Source: Gammaproteobacteria bacterium
GTDB lineage: Bacteria; Pseudomonadota; Gammaproteobacteria; Eutrophobiales; Eutrophobiaceae
Assembly: GCA_030835405.1 (NCBI GenBank)
Contig: JAURPG010000106.1
Location: 6,067 to 70,066 of the forward strand
Reading direction: 5' to 3'
DNA length: 64,000 nucleotides
Part shown: piece after piece, positions 38,889 through 51,440 of the stretch
Numbering within the stretch: position 1 is the stretch's first letter
How the letters are laid out: each line of letters starts with the position of its first letter
Notes under the pieces: model-generated
Database searches by the model: none
Told to the model about the DNA's origin: nothing
Seen by the model: only the letters and a program-made list of their open reading frames with translations
Position numbers and translations under genes: made by a program

Positions 38889-39502
38889 CAAAGATGAAAC
38901 TAGGTTTTCTCGCCTCACATAGAGGATCAAATATGCAAAGTATCATCGATGCCTGTAATGCCGGGAAGATCGATGCAATACCTGCGGTTGTAATCAGTAA
39001 TAATGGTGATTCAGGGGCATTGGACAGGGCAACGACTGAACAAATTCCTGCTTATCATCTAAGTAGTAAACAATATCCCGATCCTGAAGATCTGGACCGA
39101 TCTATTCGTGATGCCTTATTAAAGCATGGTGTTGATATCGTGGTGTTGGCGGGGTATATGAAGAAAATTGGCAAACAAACAATCAAGTCATTTGAGGGTC
39201 GAATTCTGAATATTCATCCTGCCCTGTTACCCAAATATGGTGGGCAGGGTATGTATGGTAATAATGTCCATAATGCTGTACTTGAATCCGGCGATAAGGA
39301 AACCGGCGTAACGATTCATGTGGTGACAGATAATTATGATCAAGGGCCAATATTGGCACAACAAACTTTGCCGGTGATGGAGGGTGATACGGTTGAGTCA
39401 CTGGCGAGGAGAGTCCTGGTTGTCGAACACCAGTTATACGTAGATACAATCCATCGAATCGTTGAAGGTGATATCAAACTTACGGATTTACCAGGTAGAT
39501 AA
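38885..39502 (+). CDS. purN: Phosphoribosylglycinamide formyltransferase
   Basis: The protein begins KLGFLASHRGSNMQSIIDA and has the formyltransferase core NIHPALLPKYGG. Size is 205 aa. Confidence 0.85.
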   Translation: MTKMKLGFLASHRGSNMQSIIDACNAGKIDAIPAVVISNNGDSGALDRATTEQIPAYHLSSKQYPDPEDLDRSIRDALLKHGVDIVVLAGYMKKIGKQTIKSFEGRILNIHPALLPKYGGQGMYGNNVHNAVLESGDKETGVTIHVVTDNYDQGPILAQQTLPVMEGDTVESLARRVLVVEHQLYVDTIHRIVEGDIKLTDLPGR

Positions 39503-39506
39503 TTAT

Positions 39507-41984
39507 ATGTTTTCATTGGTTACAAAGTTGTATGACCGCCTTGTCCTAAAAAAACCAGGGTTTGTATTAGTCCTGGTGGCGATCATCAGTATTGGTGCCG
39601 GTTATTATACCCAGGACTTCAAGCTAGATGCCTCCGCGGATTCATTATTATTGGAAGGGGATGAAGGGTTACGTATCTTTCGCGAAACCAGTGAAACGTT
39701 TGGCACTCAGGATTTTCTCTTTGTCACTTTTGTCCCTGAGCAAGATATCTTTTCAGATGAATCCCTGGAAGTGATTAAAAAATTAAAAGCTGATTTTAGT
39801 AACTTGCCACTGGTTGATTCAGTTGTCTCCATTATTGATGTACCGCTGGTGCAAAATGCAGGGAGCAAACTTTCAGATGTGGCCAGTAATTATAAAACTC
39901 TGGTGGAAGATGATGTGGACAGGGATGCCGCGAGACAGGAACTTTTAGAGAGCCCTATATACAGTAATTTGATTATCAGTGACGATGCCAGGATGACTGC
40001 ATTGCAGTTAAACCTGAAAACAAATACCGGATATCTGGATGCCCAAAAACAAAGAAATAGTCTGCTTATTAAGCGCTCACAACAGGGTTTGACTACAGTT
40101 GAGCAACAGGAACTGGAGCAGGTATTGGAAAACTACGAGAATGCCAAGGCAGATTTTGATACCGCAAACCATGAAAACATAATCAAGATCAGGGAAATCA
40201 TGAAAGACTATCAACAGTATGGCGAAATTCATCTAGGTGGATTGACCATGATAGCTGATGACATGATCCGGTTTATAAAAAAGGATTTGATAGTTTTTGG
40301 AATTGGCGTATTCAGTTTTTTAATTATTATGTTGTCTATCATTTTCAGAGGTATCAGGTGGGTCGTTCTTCCACTGGCCAGCTGCATTATTGCCGGATTG
40401 ATTATGATTGGGCTGTTAGGTTTTATTGGTTGGCAGATAACAGTTATCTCGTCCAACTTTATCTCCCTGATGCTGATATTGACCATGTCTATGAATGTAC
40501 ATTTGATTGTACGTTACCGACAATTGAGTCGAGACAAACCTGGTCTCGGGCAGCATGAGCTGGTGTCTGAAACAACCCGGTGTATGGTATGGCCGTGTCT
40601 GTATACGGCCCTGACAACGATGATTGGGTTCGGTTCTCTGGTGGTGAGTGAAATAAAGCCTGTCATTGATTTTGGGTGGATGATGGTACTTGGGTTACTG
40701 GTCACTTTTCTAACATCATTTTTATTCTTACCCAGCGTACTGGTAATGCTGAAAAAGGCGAATATTCCTGATGGCGAGAAGGAACAAACGCCATATACCG
40801 CAATATTATCCAATTATACAGAGAAGCATGGGTTGTTGATTCTTGTTATTACACTTGTCCTGGCCATGGTCAGTATGGTTGGGATCACCCGGTTGAGGGT
40901 GGAGAATAGTTTTATAAATTATTTCAGCGACAGCACTGAAATATACCAGGGACTGGAGCAGATAGATCAACGTCTCGGTGGGACTACACCTCTGGACGTC
41001 ATTATTACCTTCGACCCTATTAAGGAATATGGTGAACAGACAGACGATGAATTTGATGAGTTTGATGATCTGTTTGGTGAATTTGAAGCCGACCCTGCCG
41101 ATGCCTGGTTTACCTCATATAAAATGGATCGAATCAAGGATATACATGACTATATGGACGGTCTATATGCAGTAGGGAAAGTGCTTTCCCTGGCATCGGT
41201 TGTAAGGCTGGCAGAAAGTCTCAATGAGGGAGAGGAGTTTGATGCCTTTGAGCTGGCGGTCATTTATAAAAGGATCAGTCCGGAATTAAAGCAGAGCATA
41301 ATCGATCCCTATATTTCCATAGATGATAACCAGGCGAGGATTTCTACCCGCATACAGGATTCCTTGCCGGACCTGAGACGAAATGACCTGATAAATCAGG
41401 TTAAAAATGACTTGCGTGGCCGATTTGGACTGGAAGATGATGAATTTGAATTAACCGGACTCCTGGTGTTATACAACAATATGTTGCAAAGCCTGTTTAA
41501 ATCACAAATCTTGACCCTTGGTGTGGTCATGGCCGGCATTGCACTCATGCTGTGCGTATTATTTCGGTCAGTTTCTCTAGCCATCATCGGGATTATTCCC
41601 AATATTCTGGCGGCTTCAATTATTTTGGGAATCATGGGGCTATTTAATATCCCTCTGGACATGATGACCATTACCATTGCAGCCATTACCATCGGAATTG
41701 CAGTAGATAACAGTATCCATTATATATACCGGTTCAGGGAAGAATTGCCAAAGCATGAAAATAACTATTTGGCGACTATGCATTATTGTCATGCAAATAT
41801 CGGTAAGGCGGTTTTTTATACCGCCACCACCATCATTGTAGGGTTCTCGATACTGATATTTTCTAATTTCATCCCGACCATATACTTCGGTCTACTGACC
41901 GCATTGGCGATGTTCATCGCGCTTTTGGCGGCCCTGACCTTACTACCCAGGTTAATAATATTATTCAGGCCTTTTAAAGAGTAA
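39507..41984 (+). CDS. MMPL/RND-superfamily exporter (HpnN-like lipid transporter architecture)
   Basis: It has two repeated halves. Each has one TM segment, a large periplasmic loop, then a 5-TM bundle (for example LIVFGIGVFSFLIIMLSIIFRGIRW... and LTLGVVMAGIALMLCVLFRSVSLAIIG...). About 825 aa from the Met at 39507. Confidence 0.65.
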   Translation: MFSLVTKLYDRLVLKKPGFVLVLVAIISIGAGYYTQDFKLDASADSLLLEGDEGLRIFRETSETFGTQDFLFVTFVPEQDIFSDESLEVIKKLKADFSNLPLVDSVVSIIDVPLVQNAGSKLSDVASNYKTLVEDDVDRDAARQELLESPIYSNLIISDDARMTALQLNLKTNTGYLDAQKQRNSLLIKRSQQGLTTVEQQELEQVLENYENAKADFDTANHENIIKIREIMKDYQQYGEIHLGGLTMIADDMIRFIKKDLIVFGIGVFSFLIIMLSIIFRGIRWVVLPLASCIIAGLIMIGLLGFIGWQITVISSNFISLMLILTMSMNVHLIVRYRQLSRDKPGLGQHELVSETTRCMVWPCLYTALTTMIGFGSLVVSEIKPVIDFGWMMVLGLLVTFLTSFLFLPSVLVMLKKANIPDGEKEQTPYTAILSNYTEKHGLLILVITLVLAMVSMVGITRLRVENSFINYFSDSTEIYQGLEQIDQRLGGTTPLDVIITFDPIKEYGEQTDDEFDEFDDLFGEFEADPADAWFTSYKMDRIKDIHDYMDGLYAVGKVLSLASVVRLAESLNEGEEFDAFELAVIYKRISPELKQSIIDPYISIDDNQARISTRIQDSLPDLRRNDLINQVKNDLRGRFGLEDDEFELTGLLVLYNNMLQSLFKSQILTLGVVMAGIALMLCVLFRSVSLAIIGIIPNILAASIILGIMGLFNIPLDMMTITIAAITIGIAVDNSIHYIYRFREELPKHENNYLATMHYCHANIGKAVFYTATTIIVGFSILIFSNFIPTIYFGLLTALAMFIALLAALTLLPRLIILFRPFKE

Positions 41985-42178
41985 TTTATCTTTTCCTTTC
42001 CAAATCAATAAGATATATTCTGCTTTTGAGTTTGATATACTGTCATTAAAACTTTTAGGAAATTTTAAACTCAGAAAAGTGTAACTGAATAGCCTATTCA
42101 GACGTTATATTTCAAAGTTGTGGTAACCCGCGGCGACATTTTTAAGAAATAATAATATAACAACTTACTAACCAGGAG

Positions 42179-42805
42179 ATGGTAATGAAACGCCATGTAG
42201 TAGTGTCATCAATTCTTGTCACTGCAATATTCTTTTTTTCACAACTTGTATACGGACAATCTGGGACAGCTGTGGATCTGGTGAAATCAACTACTATTGA
42301 GGTGGTTGACCGAATCAAAACTGATCGTGACAAAATTGAATCTGACCCGGACTATATTTTTCTATTGATGGACCAGCTTGTGGTACCGCATTTCGATTTT
42401 CAAACTATGTCAAGGGCGGTACTTGGTGCCGCATGGCGAAGTGCCTCATCTGAACAGCAAACTGCATTTTTAAATGAATTTAAGGAACTTTTGATTGGTA
42501 CCTATGCTACAAACCTGACAGAATATTCTGATAACCAGATTGTATTTCATCCAGATGAGACCAGACCTGATTCACGTTTTGTGCTGGTCAGAACTGAAGT
42601 TAAGGGGGCCGTAAATAATAATCCACTGCCTATTGATTATCGTATGCACCATGTTAATGGAAAGTGGATGGTTGTTGACGTTGCTGTAGATAAGGTCAGT
42701 CTGGTATCTACATACAGGGGGTCATTCAGGTCAGAAATAAATAATGATGGCCTGGATTCGTTGATTGCAAAACTGGCAGAAAAGAATAACAGAACCCCGT
42801 TGTAA
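42179..42805 (+). CDS. MlaC/Ttg2D-family periplasmic lipid-binding protein (HpnM-like)
   Basis: A signal peptide is present. The block PHFDFQTMSRAVLGAAWRSASSEQQTAFLNEFKELLIGTYATNLTEY matches the MlaC core. It sits immediately upstream of ibaG-murA, as mlaC does in enterobacteria and pseudomonads. Confidence 0.7.
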   Translation: MVMKRHVVVSSILVTAIFFFSQLVYGQSGTAVDLVKSTTIEVVDRIKTDRDKIESDPDYIFLLMDQLVVPHFDFQTMSRAVLGAAWRSASSEQQTAFLNEFKELLIGTYATNLTEYSDNQIVFHPDETRPDSRFVLVRTEVKGAVNNNPLPIDYRMHHVNGKWMVVDVAVDKVSLVSTYRGSFRSEINNDGLDSLIAKLAEKNNRTPL

Positions 42806-42936
42806 GAAATATTCAGTTTTTTCTGGTACTTTTCAGAATTTCCTTCATCTAGAAATTATCCGTCCGGCATTTTCCGGACAGAATCATTTGTCAATTAGGA
42901 GTATAATATTTCCGATAGTGTTACCAGGAGACCACG

Positions 42937-44462
<1,526 letters not shown>

Positions 44463-44499
44463 GTTTAAAATTTAAAGTTAATTGTAAGCAGGTGTAACC

Positions 44500-45126
44500 G
44501 TGTTGAATAGTTTAACAATCGCAATTTCAAAAGGACGGATTCTCGATGAGACATTACCGTTGCTTGAGAAAATTGGTATCGTCCCCGATGAAGACCCGGA
44601 TAAATCAAGAAAATTAATACTGGGCACCAATCAGTCAAATGTTAAGTTGATCATTATCAGGGCAACAGATGTACCAACTTATGTGGAATATGGTGGGGCG
44701 GATGTCGGGATCGCCGGCAAGGATGTATTGCTTGAACACGATAGTAGTGAATTATATGAACCATTGGATCTTGGAATTGCAAAGTGCCGATTAATGCTTG
44801 CAGAGCCGGTGCAAAAAAAGTCAGGTAACGGAAGATTAAGAATTGCTACTAAATACACAACCGCTGCAAGGCAATACTTTACGAATCAGGGTGTTCAGGT
44901 TGAGATTATCAAATTATACGGTTCTATGGAGCTTGCTCCGGTTTTAGGGTTGGCTGATAAGATCGTAGATCTGGTTGATACCGGGAATACCCTGAAGGCC
45001 AACGGGTTGAAGGCGACAGAGACAATTTATCATATTAGCTCCAGACTTGTGGTAAACAAAGCAGCCATGAAATTAAAACGTGAGCAAATAAAAAAATTAA
45101 TTACCGCTCTAGAGAAAGTAATTTAA
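44500..45126 (+). CDS. hisG: ATP phosphoribosyltransferase, short form
   Basis: It is 208 aa and lacks the C-terminal regulatory domain of long-form HisG. It lies upstream of hisD. Confidence 0.85.
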   Translation: MLNSLTIAISKGRILDETLPLLEKIGIVPDEDPDKSRKLILGTNQSNVKLIIIRATDVPTYVEYGGADVGIAGKDVLLEHDSSELYEPLDLGIAKCRLMLAEPVQKKSGNGRLRIATKYTTAARQYFTNQGVQVEIIKLYGSMELAPVLGLADKIVDLVDTGNTLKANGLKATETIYHISSRLVVNKAAMKLKREQIKKLITALEKVI

Positions 45127-45128
45127 AA

Positions 45129-46433
45129 ATGATTTCAATTAGAAGAATTAGTGAATCAGATGCATGTTTCTCAGATTCGTTGAGGAAGATATCTACGGTA
45201 ATGGCTCAAAATGATCCAGAGCTGACGAAAACTGTTTTCGAAATTGTCTCAGACGTTAGGGATCGGGGAGATGATGCCCTGATTGAATATACCAACAGGT
45301 TTGACCACAGAAATATAACAATTGATGCCATCGAGGTTCCAAAGCAACTATGGGATGAAAGTAAAACGAAGGTGTCTGGAGAATTTGTTGATGCATTAGA
45401 GTATGCCGCATCGAGAATCACAAGCTATGCTGAGCATCAGAAAGCAGAGTCATGGATGTATCAGGATAGTGAAGGTATTGAATTGGGACAGCAGATTACA
45501 CCGGTTGAAAAGGCCGGTATCTACGTCCCGGGAGGTAAGGCCGCTTATCCATCTTCAGTATTAATGAACTGCATTCCTGCACGGGTTGCCGCGGTGGATG
45601 AGGTGATCATGGTTGTTCCTGCACCAGAAGATAATCTAAATCCGATTGTACTGGCAGCTGCATCTATTGCTGGTGTGGATAGGGTCTTCAGTATTGGTGG
45701 GGCCCAGGCAATTGCGGCACTGGCCTATGGAACCCAATCGGTTCCTCAGGTTGACAAAATCGTCGGTCCAGGCAATCGCTATGTCGCTGAAGCTAAACGA
45801 ATTGTCTATGGTACTGTTGGAATAGATATGATTGCCGGCCCCTCTGAAGTATTAATTGTTTCAGACGGCAGCTGTAATCCGGACTGGGTTGCAATGGATA
45901 TGTTTGCCCAGGCAGAACACGACGAAGATGCAAGATCCATACTGGTCAGTACCGATGAGAATTTTATAGATCAGGTGTACGAGAGTATAAATAAGTTACT
46001 GCCTGAAATGGAACGTAGGGACTTTATCCAGCGAGCACTGGAAAACCATGGGGCATTGATTTCGGTTTCATCTATAGAGTCGGCCGTGAGGATAATCAAT
46101 CAAATTGCCCCAGAGCATCTTGAACTTGCGCTGGAGCAGCCGGAATCAATATTGCCTCAAATTAGAAGCGCAGGTGCCATCTTTTTGGGCCCTTATACTT
46201 CAGAATCCCTTGGAGATTATTGTGCTGGACCAAACCATGTCCTGCCCACGGCCCGTTCCGCACGATTCTCATCACCATTGGGTGTGTATGATTTTCAAAA
46301 ACGCACTTCGATAATTAAGTGTACCCAGGAATCTGCCGGGCATCTGGCTAAGACAGCGTCAACGCTCGCACGTGGAGAAGGATTAACTGCCCATGCCAGA
46401 TCCGCTGAAATGCGGATATTGGATGAAAGCTGA
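45129..46433 (+). CDS. hisD: Histidinol dehydrogenase
   Basis: It is 434 aa with the conserved HisD blocks (GPGNRYVAEAKR, AQAEHDEDA). Confidence 0.9.
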   Translation: MISIRRISESDACFSDSLRKISTVMAQNDPELTKTVFEIVSDVRDRGDDALIEYTNRFDHRNITIDAIEVPKQLWDESKTKVSGEFVDALEYAASRITSYAEHQKAESWMYQDSEGIELGQQITPVEKAGIYVPGGKAAYPSSVLMNCIPARVAAVDEVIMVVPAPEDNLNPIVLAAASIAGVDRVFSIGGAQAIAALAYGTQSVPQVDKIVGPGNRYVAEAKRIVYGTVGIDMIAGPSEVLIVSDGSCNPDWVAMDMFAQAEHDEDARSILVSTDENFIDQVYESINKLLPEMERRDFIQRALENHGALISVSSIESAVRIINQIAPEHLELALEQPESILPQIRSAGAIFLGPYTSESLGDYCAGPNHVLPTARSARFSSPLGVYDFQKRTSIIKCTQESAGHLAKTASTLARGEGLTAHARSAEMRILDES

Positions 46434-46435
46434 TA

Positions 46436-47581
46436 TTAGCGAACAATTTTGGGTCTTTGTCTTACTTCTGCTGTTAGAAATATCCGGTCCCAGTCCCGTA
46501 TGATATCCAGGTTGATGATTTCTCCCGGTTTGTATACGGAAATTACCTGTACCGCCTGTTGAGAATCCACTAAAGCATTCCCATTGACTTCGATAATGAT
46601 GTCGCCCGGCATCACACCGGCATCTGCAGCAGGACTGCCATTAAATACTGCGGTAACAAATATACCTGAAGCATTCAGACCTAATGCCTCAGAGATGTCC
46701 GCCGGTACCGGTTGTGGAACGATTCCCAACCAGCCTCTTTCCACAAAGCCTTTGCTTAACAGTTGTTGCATTACGTCGATGGCCTGATCCATAGGGATGG
46801 CAAATCCAATACCCTGAGATCCCCCGGTATTTGAGACAATGGCGGTATTTATTCCCACCAGTTCACCCCTGGCGTTTATTAGTGCTCCCCCTGAATTACC
46901 GGGATTAATCGCGGCATCGGTCTGAATAAAGTCTTCTATCAGATTAATTCCTACGCTATTGCGACGGGTCGCACTGACGATCCCCTGGGTGACGGTCTGC
47001 CCAAAGTTATAGGGGTTGCCGATTGCCATGACAACATCACCTACTTTGAGCGCATCTGAATTACCAATTGGAGCGACGGGAAGGTTTTTTAGATCAATAT
47101 GTAGGACTGCAAGGTCTGTTTCAGAATCTATTCCAACAACTTTTGCTGTTGTCTGACGTCCATCATACAAAGTAACCTGAATATCATTTGCCTCAGTAAT
47201 AACATGGGCGTTGGTAAGCAGGTAGCCGGAGTCGTTTAGAATTACACCCGATCCCAGGTTGTTATTGATTTCCTGATCTTTAGGAATATCACCAAAAAAA
47301 CGTCTGAAAAGCGGGTCTTGAAATAATGGATTTGACTGCTCTGTTCTTAGCTGCCTGGCATAGACATTAACGACAGCGGGAGCAGCCAGGGAAATGGCAT
47401 CATGATATGAGAAAATTTCTACGGGATTTTTTTCCTCTATCGCGATATTATCTACATGTTTATCCGGAGATATGATGAATTTATCCGGGAAAGTAATAAG
47501 CAGAATAAATGCAATTGCCAGTCCGCAAATGCCAAACTGGGTCAGGAATTTTAATCCATCAATGAGCTGATTTGGTTTCAT
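46436..47581 (-). CDS. Membrane-anchored HtrA-family serine protease with one PDZ domain (AlgW/DegS type)
   Basis: It has an N-terminal TM anchor, a trypsin-like core (catalytic Ser in GNSGGAL) and a single C-terminal PDZ domain. Its position next to hisD matches algW in pseudomonads. Confidence 0.8.
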   Translation of the reverse strand: MKPNQLIDGLKFLTQFGICGLAIAFILLITFPDKFIISPDKHVDNIAIEEKNPVEIFSYHDAISLAAPAVVNVYARQLRTEQSNPLFQDPLFRRFFGDIPKDQEINNNLGSGVILNDSGYLLTNAHVITEANDIQVTLYDGRQTTAKVVGIDSETDLAVLHIDLKNLPVAPIGNSDALKVGDVVMAIGNPYNFGQTVTQGIVSATRRNSVGINLIEDFIQTDAAINPGNSGGALINARGELVGINTAIVSNTGGSQGIGFAIPMDQAIDVMQQLLSKGFVERGWLGIVPQPVPADISEALGLNASGIFVTAVFNGSPAADAGVMPGDIIIEVNGNALVDSQQAVQVISVYKPGEIINLDIIRDWDRIFLTAEVRQRPKIVR

Positions 47582-47744
47582 AGATTGGACAATTATCGCT
47601 CAATTTAGCCGGTGCTTGCCACTACACGATAAAATTGCAGTTGCGATGGGTAGATTTTGCCTTAGATGCTTATACATGCCCAGTAACGTGGTATAATTCC
47701 GATGATTATACCCACCAACCAAACTGTTTGGGGAAAACAAGAAA

Positions 47745-48347
47745 ATGAGTGCAGATGGTATAGATATTAATCGCAGACGGTTCCTGACTACGACGGCGTC
47801 TGTTGCTGGCGGTGCAGGCGCAGTTGCGACAAGTCTTCCTTTTATAGCCACCATGACGCCCAGTGCCAAAACCAGAGCAATTGGAGCGCCAGTTGAAGTT
47901 GAAATTGGAGATTTGCAACCGGGACAACTCAGGATTGCACAATGGCAGGGCAAGCCTGTTTGGATATTAAGACGGTCGGATTCGTCCCTGGGGACAATTG
48001 CCGAGCAGGATGATGTGGTTGCAGATCCTGAGTCAGAACGTGAGCAACAGCCTGATTACGCAAAAAATGAATATCGATCGATAAAACCTGAATATTTAAT
48101 CGTATTGGGTCTTTGTACCCATTTAGGTTGCTCCCCCACCTATGTTAGCCGGGACCAAGCTAGCAATCATAACCTGGGCAGTGAATGGAAGGGGGGCTTC
48201 TTCTGCCCGTGCCACGGGAGTCGATTTGACCTGGCGGGAAGGGTATACAGCGGTGTTCCTGCGCCAACAAACCTGGTTGTCCCACCACACATGTATCTAA
48301 GTGATACGAGGGTATTAATTGGTGACGATTCGGGAGTGGCCTCATGA
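47745..48347 (+). CDS. petA: Ubiquinol-cytochrome c reductase iron-sulfur (Rieske) subunit
   Basis: It has a Tat-like N-terminus (RRRFLTT) and the Rieske boxes CTHLGC and CPCHGS. Confidence 0.9.
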   Translation: MSADGIDINRRRFLTTTASVAGGAGAVATSLPFIATMTPSAKTRAIGAPVEVEIGDLQPGQLRIAQWQGKPVWILRRSDSSLGTIAEQDDVVADPESEREQQPDYAKNEYRSIKPEYLIVLGLCTHLGCSPTYVSRDQASNHNLGSEWKGGFFCPCHGSRFDLAGRVYSGVPAPTNLVVPPHMYLSDTRVLIGDDSGVAS

Positions 48348-49567
48348 TTAAATATATACTTGCACTGAGAGACTGGATCGATGCGAGGTTTCCGCTTATG
48401 GAGGAGTGGAATAAACATGTAGGTCAGTATTATGCCCCCAAAAACTTTAATTTCTGGTATTACTTTGGTGTACTGAGTATGCTTGTACTGGTCATTCAGA
48501 TAGTTACTGGTATCTGGCTGACCATGAATTATAAGCCCGCCGCAGACCTTGCATTTTCATCCGTGGAATACATTATGCGGGATGTTGAATGGGGTTGGTG
48601 GATACGATATATGCATTCCACCGGTGCCAGCGCATTTTTTATCGTTGTATACCTGCATATGTACCGGGCAATGCTATACGGTTCATATAAAAAACCCAGA
48701 GAATTAGTCTGGTTAATCGGGATGTTGATCTATTTTACCTTAATGGGCGAAGCGTTTTTTGGATACCTGCTTCCCTGGGGCCAGATGTCTTATTGGGGGG
48801 CACAGGTCATCATCTCTCTGTTTGGTGCCCTACCTATCATTGGTGATGATCTGTCGTTATGGATAAGGGGCGACTTTGTGGTCTCCGATGTGACTTTAAA
48901 CCGATTCTTTGCATTACATGTTATTGCCCTGCCTCTGGTACTTTGTGGCCTGGTAGTTGCCCATATACTTGCCTTGCATGAAGTTGGTTCAAATAATCCG
49001 GACGGAATTGAAATTAAGGAACATAAAGATGAAAACGGTATTCCGTTAGATGGTATCCCCTTTCACCCTTATTATACTGTTAAAGATACCGTCGGAGTTG
49101 TTATCTTTATGATTTTATTTGTCTCTGTAGTATTTTTCTGGCCAGAGATGAACGGCTATTTTCTGGAACATGCAAACTTTGTCCCTGCAGATCCATTAAA
49201 GACCCCTGAGCACATCGCACCAGTCTGGTACTTCACACCTTTTTATGCCATTTTGCGGGCGGTTCCTGACCAGCTAGGGGGAGTCATCGCCATGGGCCTA
49301 GCTACTGTATTGTTTTGTTTTTTGCCATGGTTAGACCGTAGCAAGGTAAAGTCAATCCGTTACCGCGGAACAAAGTACAAACTTGCATTGACAGCATTTA
49401 CCATCAGTTTTGTGGCTTTGGGTTGGCTAGGGATGCAGCCAGCGACCCCGTTTTTCACTATGCTGGCCAGGGGATTTTCAGTCATCTATTTTCTGTTTTT
49501 CCTTTTAATGCCTTTTTATACAAGTACTGATAACGATAAACCTGTGCCTGACAGGGTGAGAGTCTGA
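48344..49567 (+). CDS. petB: Cytochrome b of the bc1 complex
   Basis: It is 407 aa and polytopic with conserved haem-ligand His context. Its start overlaps the petA stop. Confidence 0.9.
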   Translation: MIKYILALRDWIDARFPLMEEWNKHVGQYYAPKNFNFWYYFGVLSMLVLVIQIVTGIWLTMNYKPAADLAFSSVEYIMRDVEWGWWIRYMHSTGASAFFIVVYLHMYRAMLYGSYKKPRELVWLIGMLIYFTLMGEAFFGYLLPWGQMSYWGAQVIISLFGALPIIGDDLSLWIRGDFVVSDVTLNRFFALHVIALPLVLCGLVVAHILALHEVGSNNPDGIEIKEHKDENGIPLDGIPFHPYYTVKDTVGVVIFMILFVSVVFFWPEMNGYFLEHANFVPADPLKTPEHIAPVWYFTPFYAILRAVPDQLGGVIAMGLATVLFCFLPWLDRSKVKSIRYRGTKYKLALTAFTISFVALGWLGMQPATPFFTMLARGFSVIYFLFFLLMPFYTSTDNDKPVPDRVRV

Positions 49568-49569
49568 CC

Positions 49570-50322
49570 ATGCGTATTTATATATTATTGACAGTCCTTT
49601 TATTTAATTCTGGTTGGTTGTTTGCAGCTGAAGGTGAGATGCTATATGAATTTTCACCGGATCTTACTGATCAGCAAGCATTGCAGCGAGGCGCCAGGAC
49701 GTTTGTTAATTATTGCCAGACCTGTCACTCTGCATCATATATGCGTTATAACCGCATGGGAGAGGATCTGGGAATCCCTGACGATGTATTGCTTGAAAAT
49801 TTTATGTTTGGTACGGATAAGGTCGGAGATACCATGGAAATTGCCATGTCTGCCGAGGACGGCGAGAAGTATTTTGGTATTGCACCACCCGACCTGTCTG
49901 TTACTGCAAGAGCGAGGGGGGCGGAGTGGCTTTATAATTACCTGATGACCTTTTATCTGGATCCTGCCAAACCGACCGGGGTAAATAACCTGGTGTTCAG
50001 GGATGTTGCTATGCCTCATGTCCTGTGGGAATTGCAGGGCTGGCAGTCAGCCGTCTACCATGAGGAAACAGGGGAGGATGGGGAGCTTGTCAGGACAATA
50101 GACCATCTCGAGATAACTTCAGAGCCAGCTAGTAAACCTCAAGCTTATCAGGGAGAAAGTTACGAGCAAACGGTAAGTGATCTTGTGAATTTTATGGTTT
50201 ACCTTGGAGAACCTATACAATTAAAACGTAAGTCGTATGGTGTCTGGGTTATTCTCTACCTGGTATTTTTACTGGTAATCGTCTACTTCCTTAAAAAGGA
50301 ATATTGGAAAGACGTATACTAG
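49570..50322 (+). CDS. petC: Cytochrome c1
   Basis: It has a signal peptide, one CQTCHS haem motif and a C-terminal TM anchor. Confidence 0.85.
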   Translation: MRIYILLTVLLFNSGWLFAAEGEMLYEFSPDLTDQQALQRGARTFVNYCQTCHSASYMRYNRMGEDLGIPDDVLLENFMFGTDKVGDTMEIAMSAEDGEKYFGIAPPDLSVTARARGAEWLYNYLMTFYLDPAKPTGVNNLVFRDVAMPHVLWELQGWQSAVYHEETGEDGELVRTIDHLEITSEPASKPQAYQGESYEQTVSDLVNFMVYLGEPIQLKRKSYGVWVILYLVFLLVIVYFLKKEYWKDVY

Positions 50323-50368
50323 TAACGATACCTTCATATAATAATTAAATCGTCTTAGGAGAATCATA

Positions 50369-50995
50369 ATGACGAGTGTGGCAAATAGACGCTCAGTCAT
50401 GGTCTTGTATTCTGATACTACTAGTCCAATCGGGCATGCAGTCAGGATCGTCCTGGCTGAAAAGGATATAAATGTAGAAATTAATTATGTCACTGGTAAT
50501 AATCTGCCGGAGGAAGTGTCAGAAATTAATCCATATAATACGGCATTAACATTGATAGACCGAGACCTGGTCCTTTATGATGGTCAGATCATGATGGAAT
50601 ATCTTGATGAAAGATTTCCTCACCCACCATTAATGCCGGTTGACCCGGTTGCTCGGGCCAGTAACCGTCAATTGCGATACCGCGTAATACAGGATCTATA
50701 TAGCTGCGTTGATGAATTAGATAGTGATAATGAGCTCACTGTTGCAAATGCAAAAAAGAACCTGAAAGATCATCTAACAGCAATATCTGCGGTATTCTCA
50801 CAGAAACCCTATTTTATGTCTGAGGAATATACCCTGGTTGATTGTTGTATGGCACCATTATTATGGAGGCTGGATAATTACGGCATCAAGCTACCTGCAT
50901 CTGCAAAACCCTTGATGAACTATGCAGATAGTTTGTTTGAACGTGAGCCGTTCAAACTAAGTTTATCCGAACATGAACAGGAAATAAGAACCTGA
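50369..50995 (+). CDS. sspA: Stringent starvation protein A (GST-like)
   Basis: ANRRSVMVLYSDTTSPIGHAVRIVLAEK matches the E. coli SspA N-terminus. Confidence 0.9.
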   Translation: MTSVANRRSVMVLYSDTTSPIGHAVRIVLAEKDINVEINYVTGNNLPEEVSEINPYNTALTLIDRDLVLYDGQIMMEYLDERFPHPPLMPVDPVARASNRQLRYRVIQDLYSCVDELDSDNELTVANAKKNLKDHLTAISAVFSQKPYFMSEEYTLVDCCMAPLLWRLDNYGIKLPASAKPLMNYADSLFEREPFKLSLSEHEQEIRT

Positions 50996-51003
50996 CAGTT
51001 GAT

Positions 51004-51384
51004 ATGAATTCAAACCGTCCATACCTGTTACGCGCGTTAAATGAATGGATCGTTGATAATGATATGACGCCGCATTTGTTAATTGATGCTGACTATCCTG
51101 GAACCAGTGTTCCACAAGAATTTATTCAAGATGGCAAGATTGTTTTAAATATTTCCCTGACAGCAGTAACAAACCTGTTGATTGATAATGAAAGCGTCTC
51201 TTTTTCTGCCCGTTTTGCCGGGGTATCGACTCATATCTATTTACCAGTTGGCGCCGTTACAGCGATATATGCTAAGGAAAATGGCCACGGCATGATATTT
51301 CCTGAAGACAACCAGGAAAGTATAGAGCAAGAGGTCAAGACACCACCTCCAGATAAAAGGCCTGAATTAAAAATAGTCAAATAG
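51004..51384 (+). CDS. sspB: ClpXP adaptor SspB
   Basis: The protein begins RPYLLRALNEWIVDNDMTPHLL and the gene lies downstream of sspA. Confidence 0.9.
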   Translation: MNSNRPYLLRALNEWIVDNDMTPHLLIDADYPGTSVPQEFIQDGKIVLNISLTAVTNLLIDNESVSFSARFAGVSTHIYLPVGAVTAIYAKENGHGMIFPEDNQESIEQEVKTPPPDKRPELKIVK

Positions 51385-51406
51385 ATTGCCTTTTCACTTC
51401 AGATAA

Positions 51407-51431
51407 CGTTAATTGAAACTTCTAATTAACG
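51407..51431. terminator. Hairpin between the convergent sspB and dolP genes, a putative bidirectional terminator
   Basis: The stem is cgttaatt / aattaacg (8 bp) with a 9-nt loop. Confidence 0.35.
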
Positions 51432-51440
51432 GTTAATATT

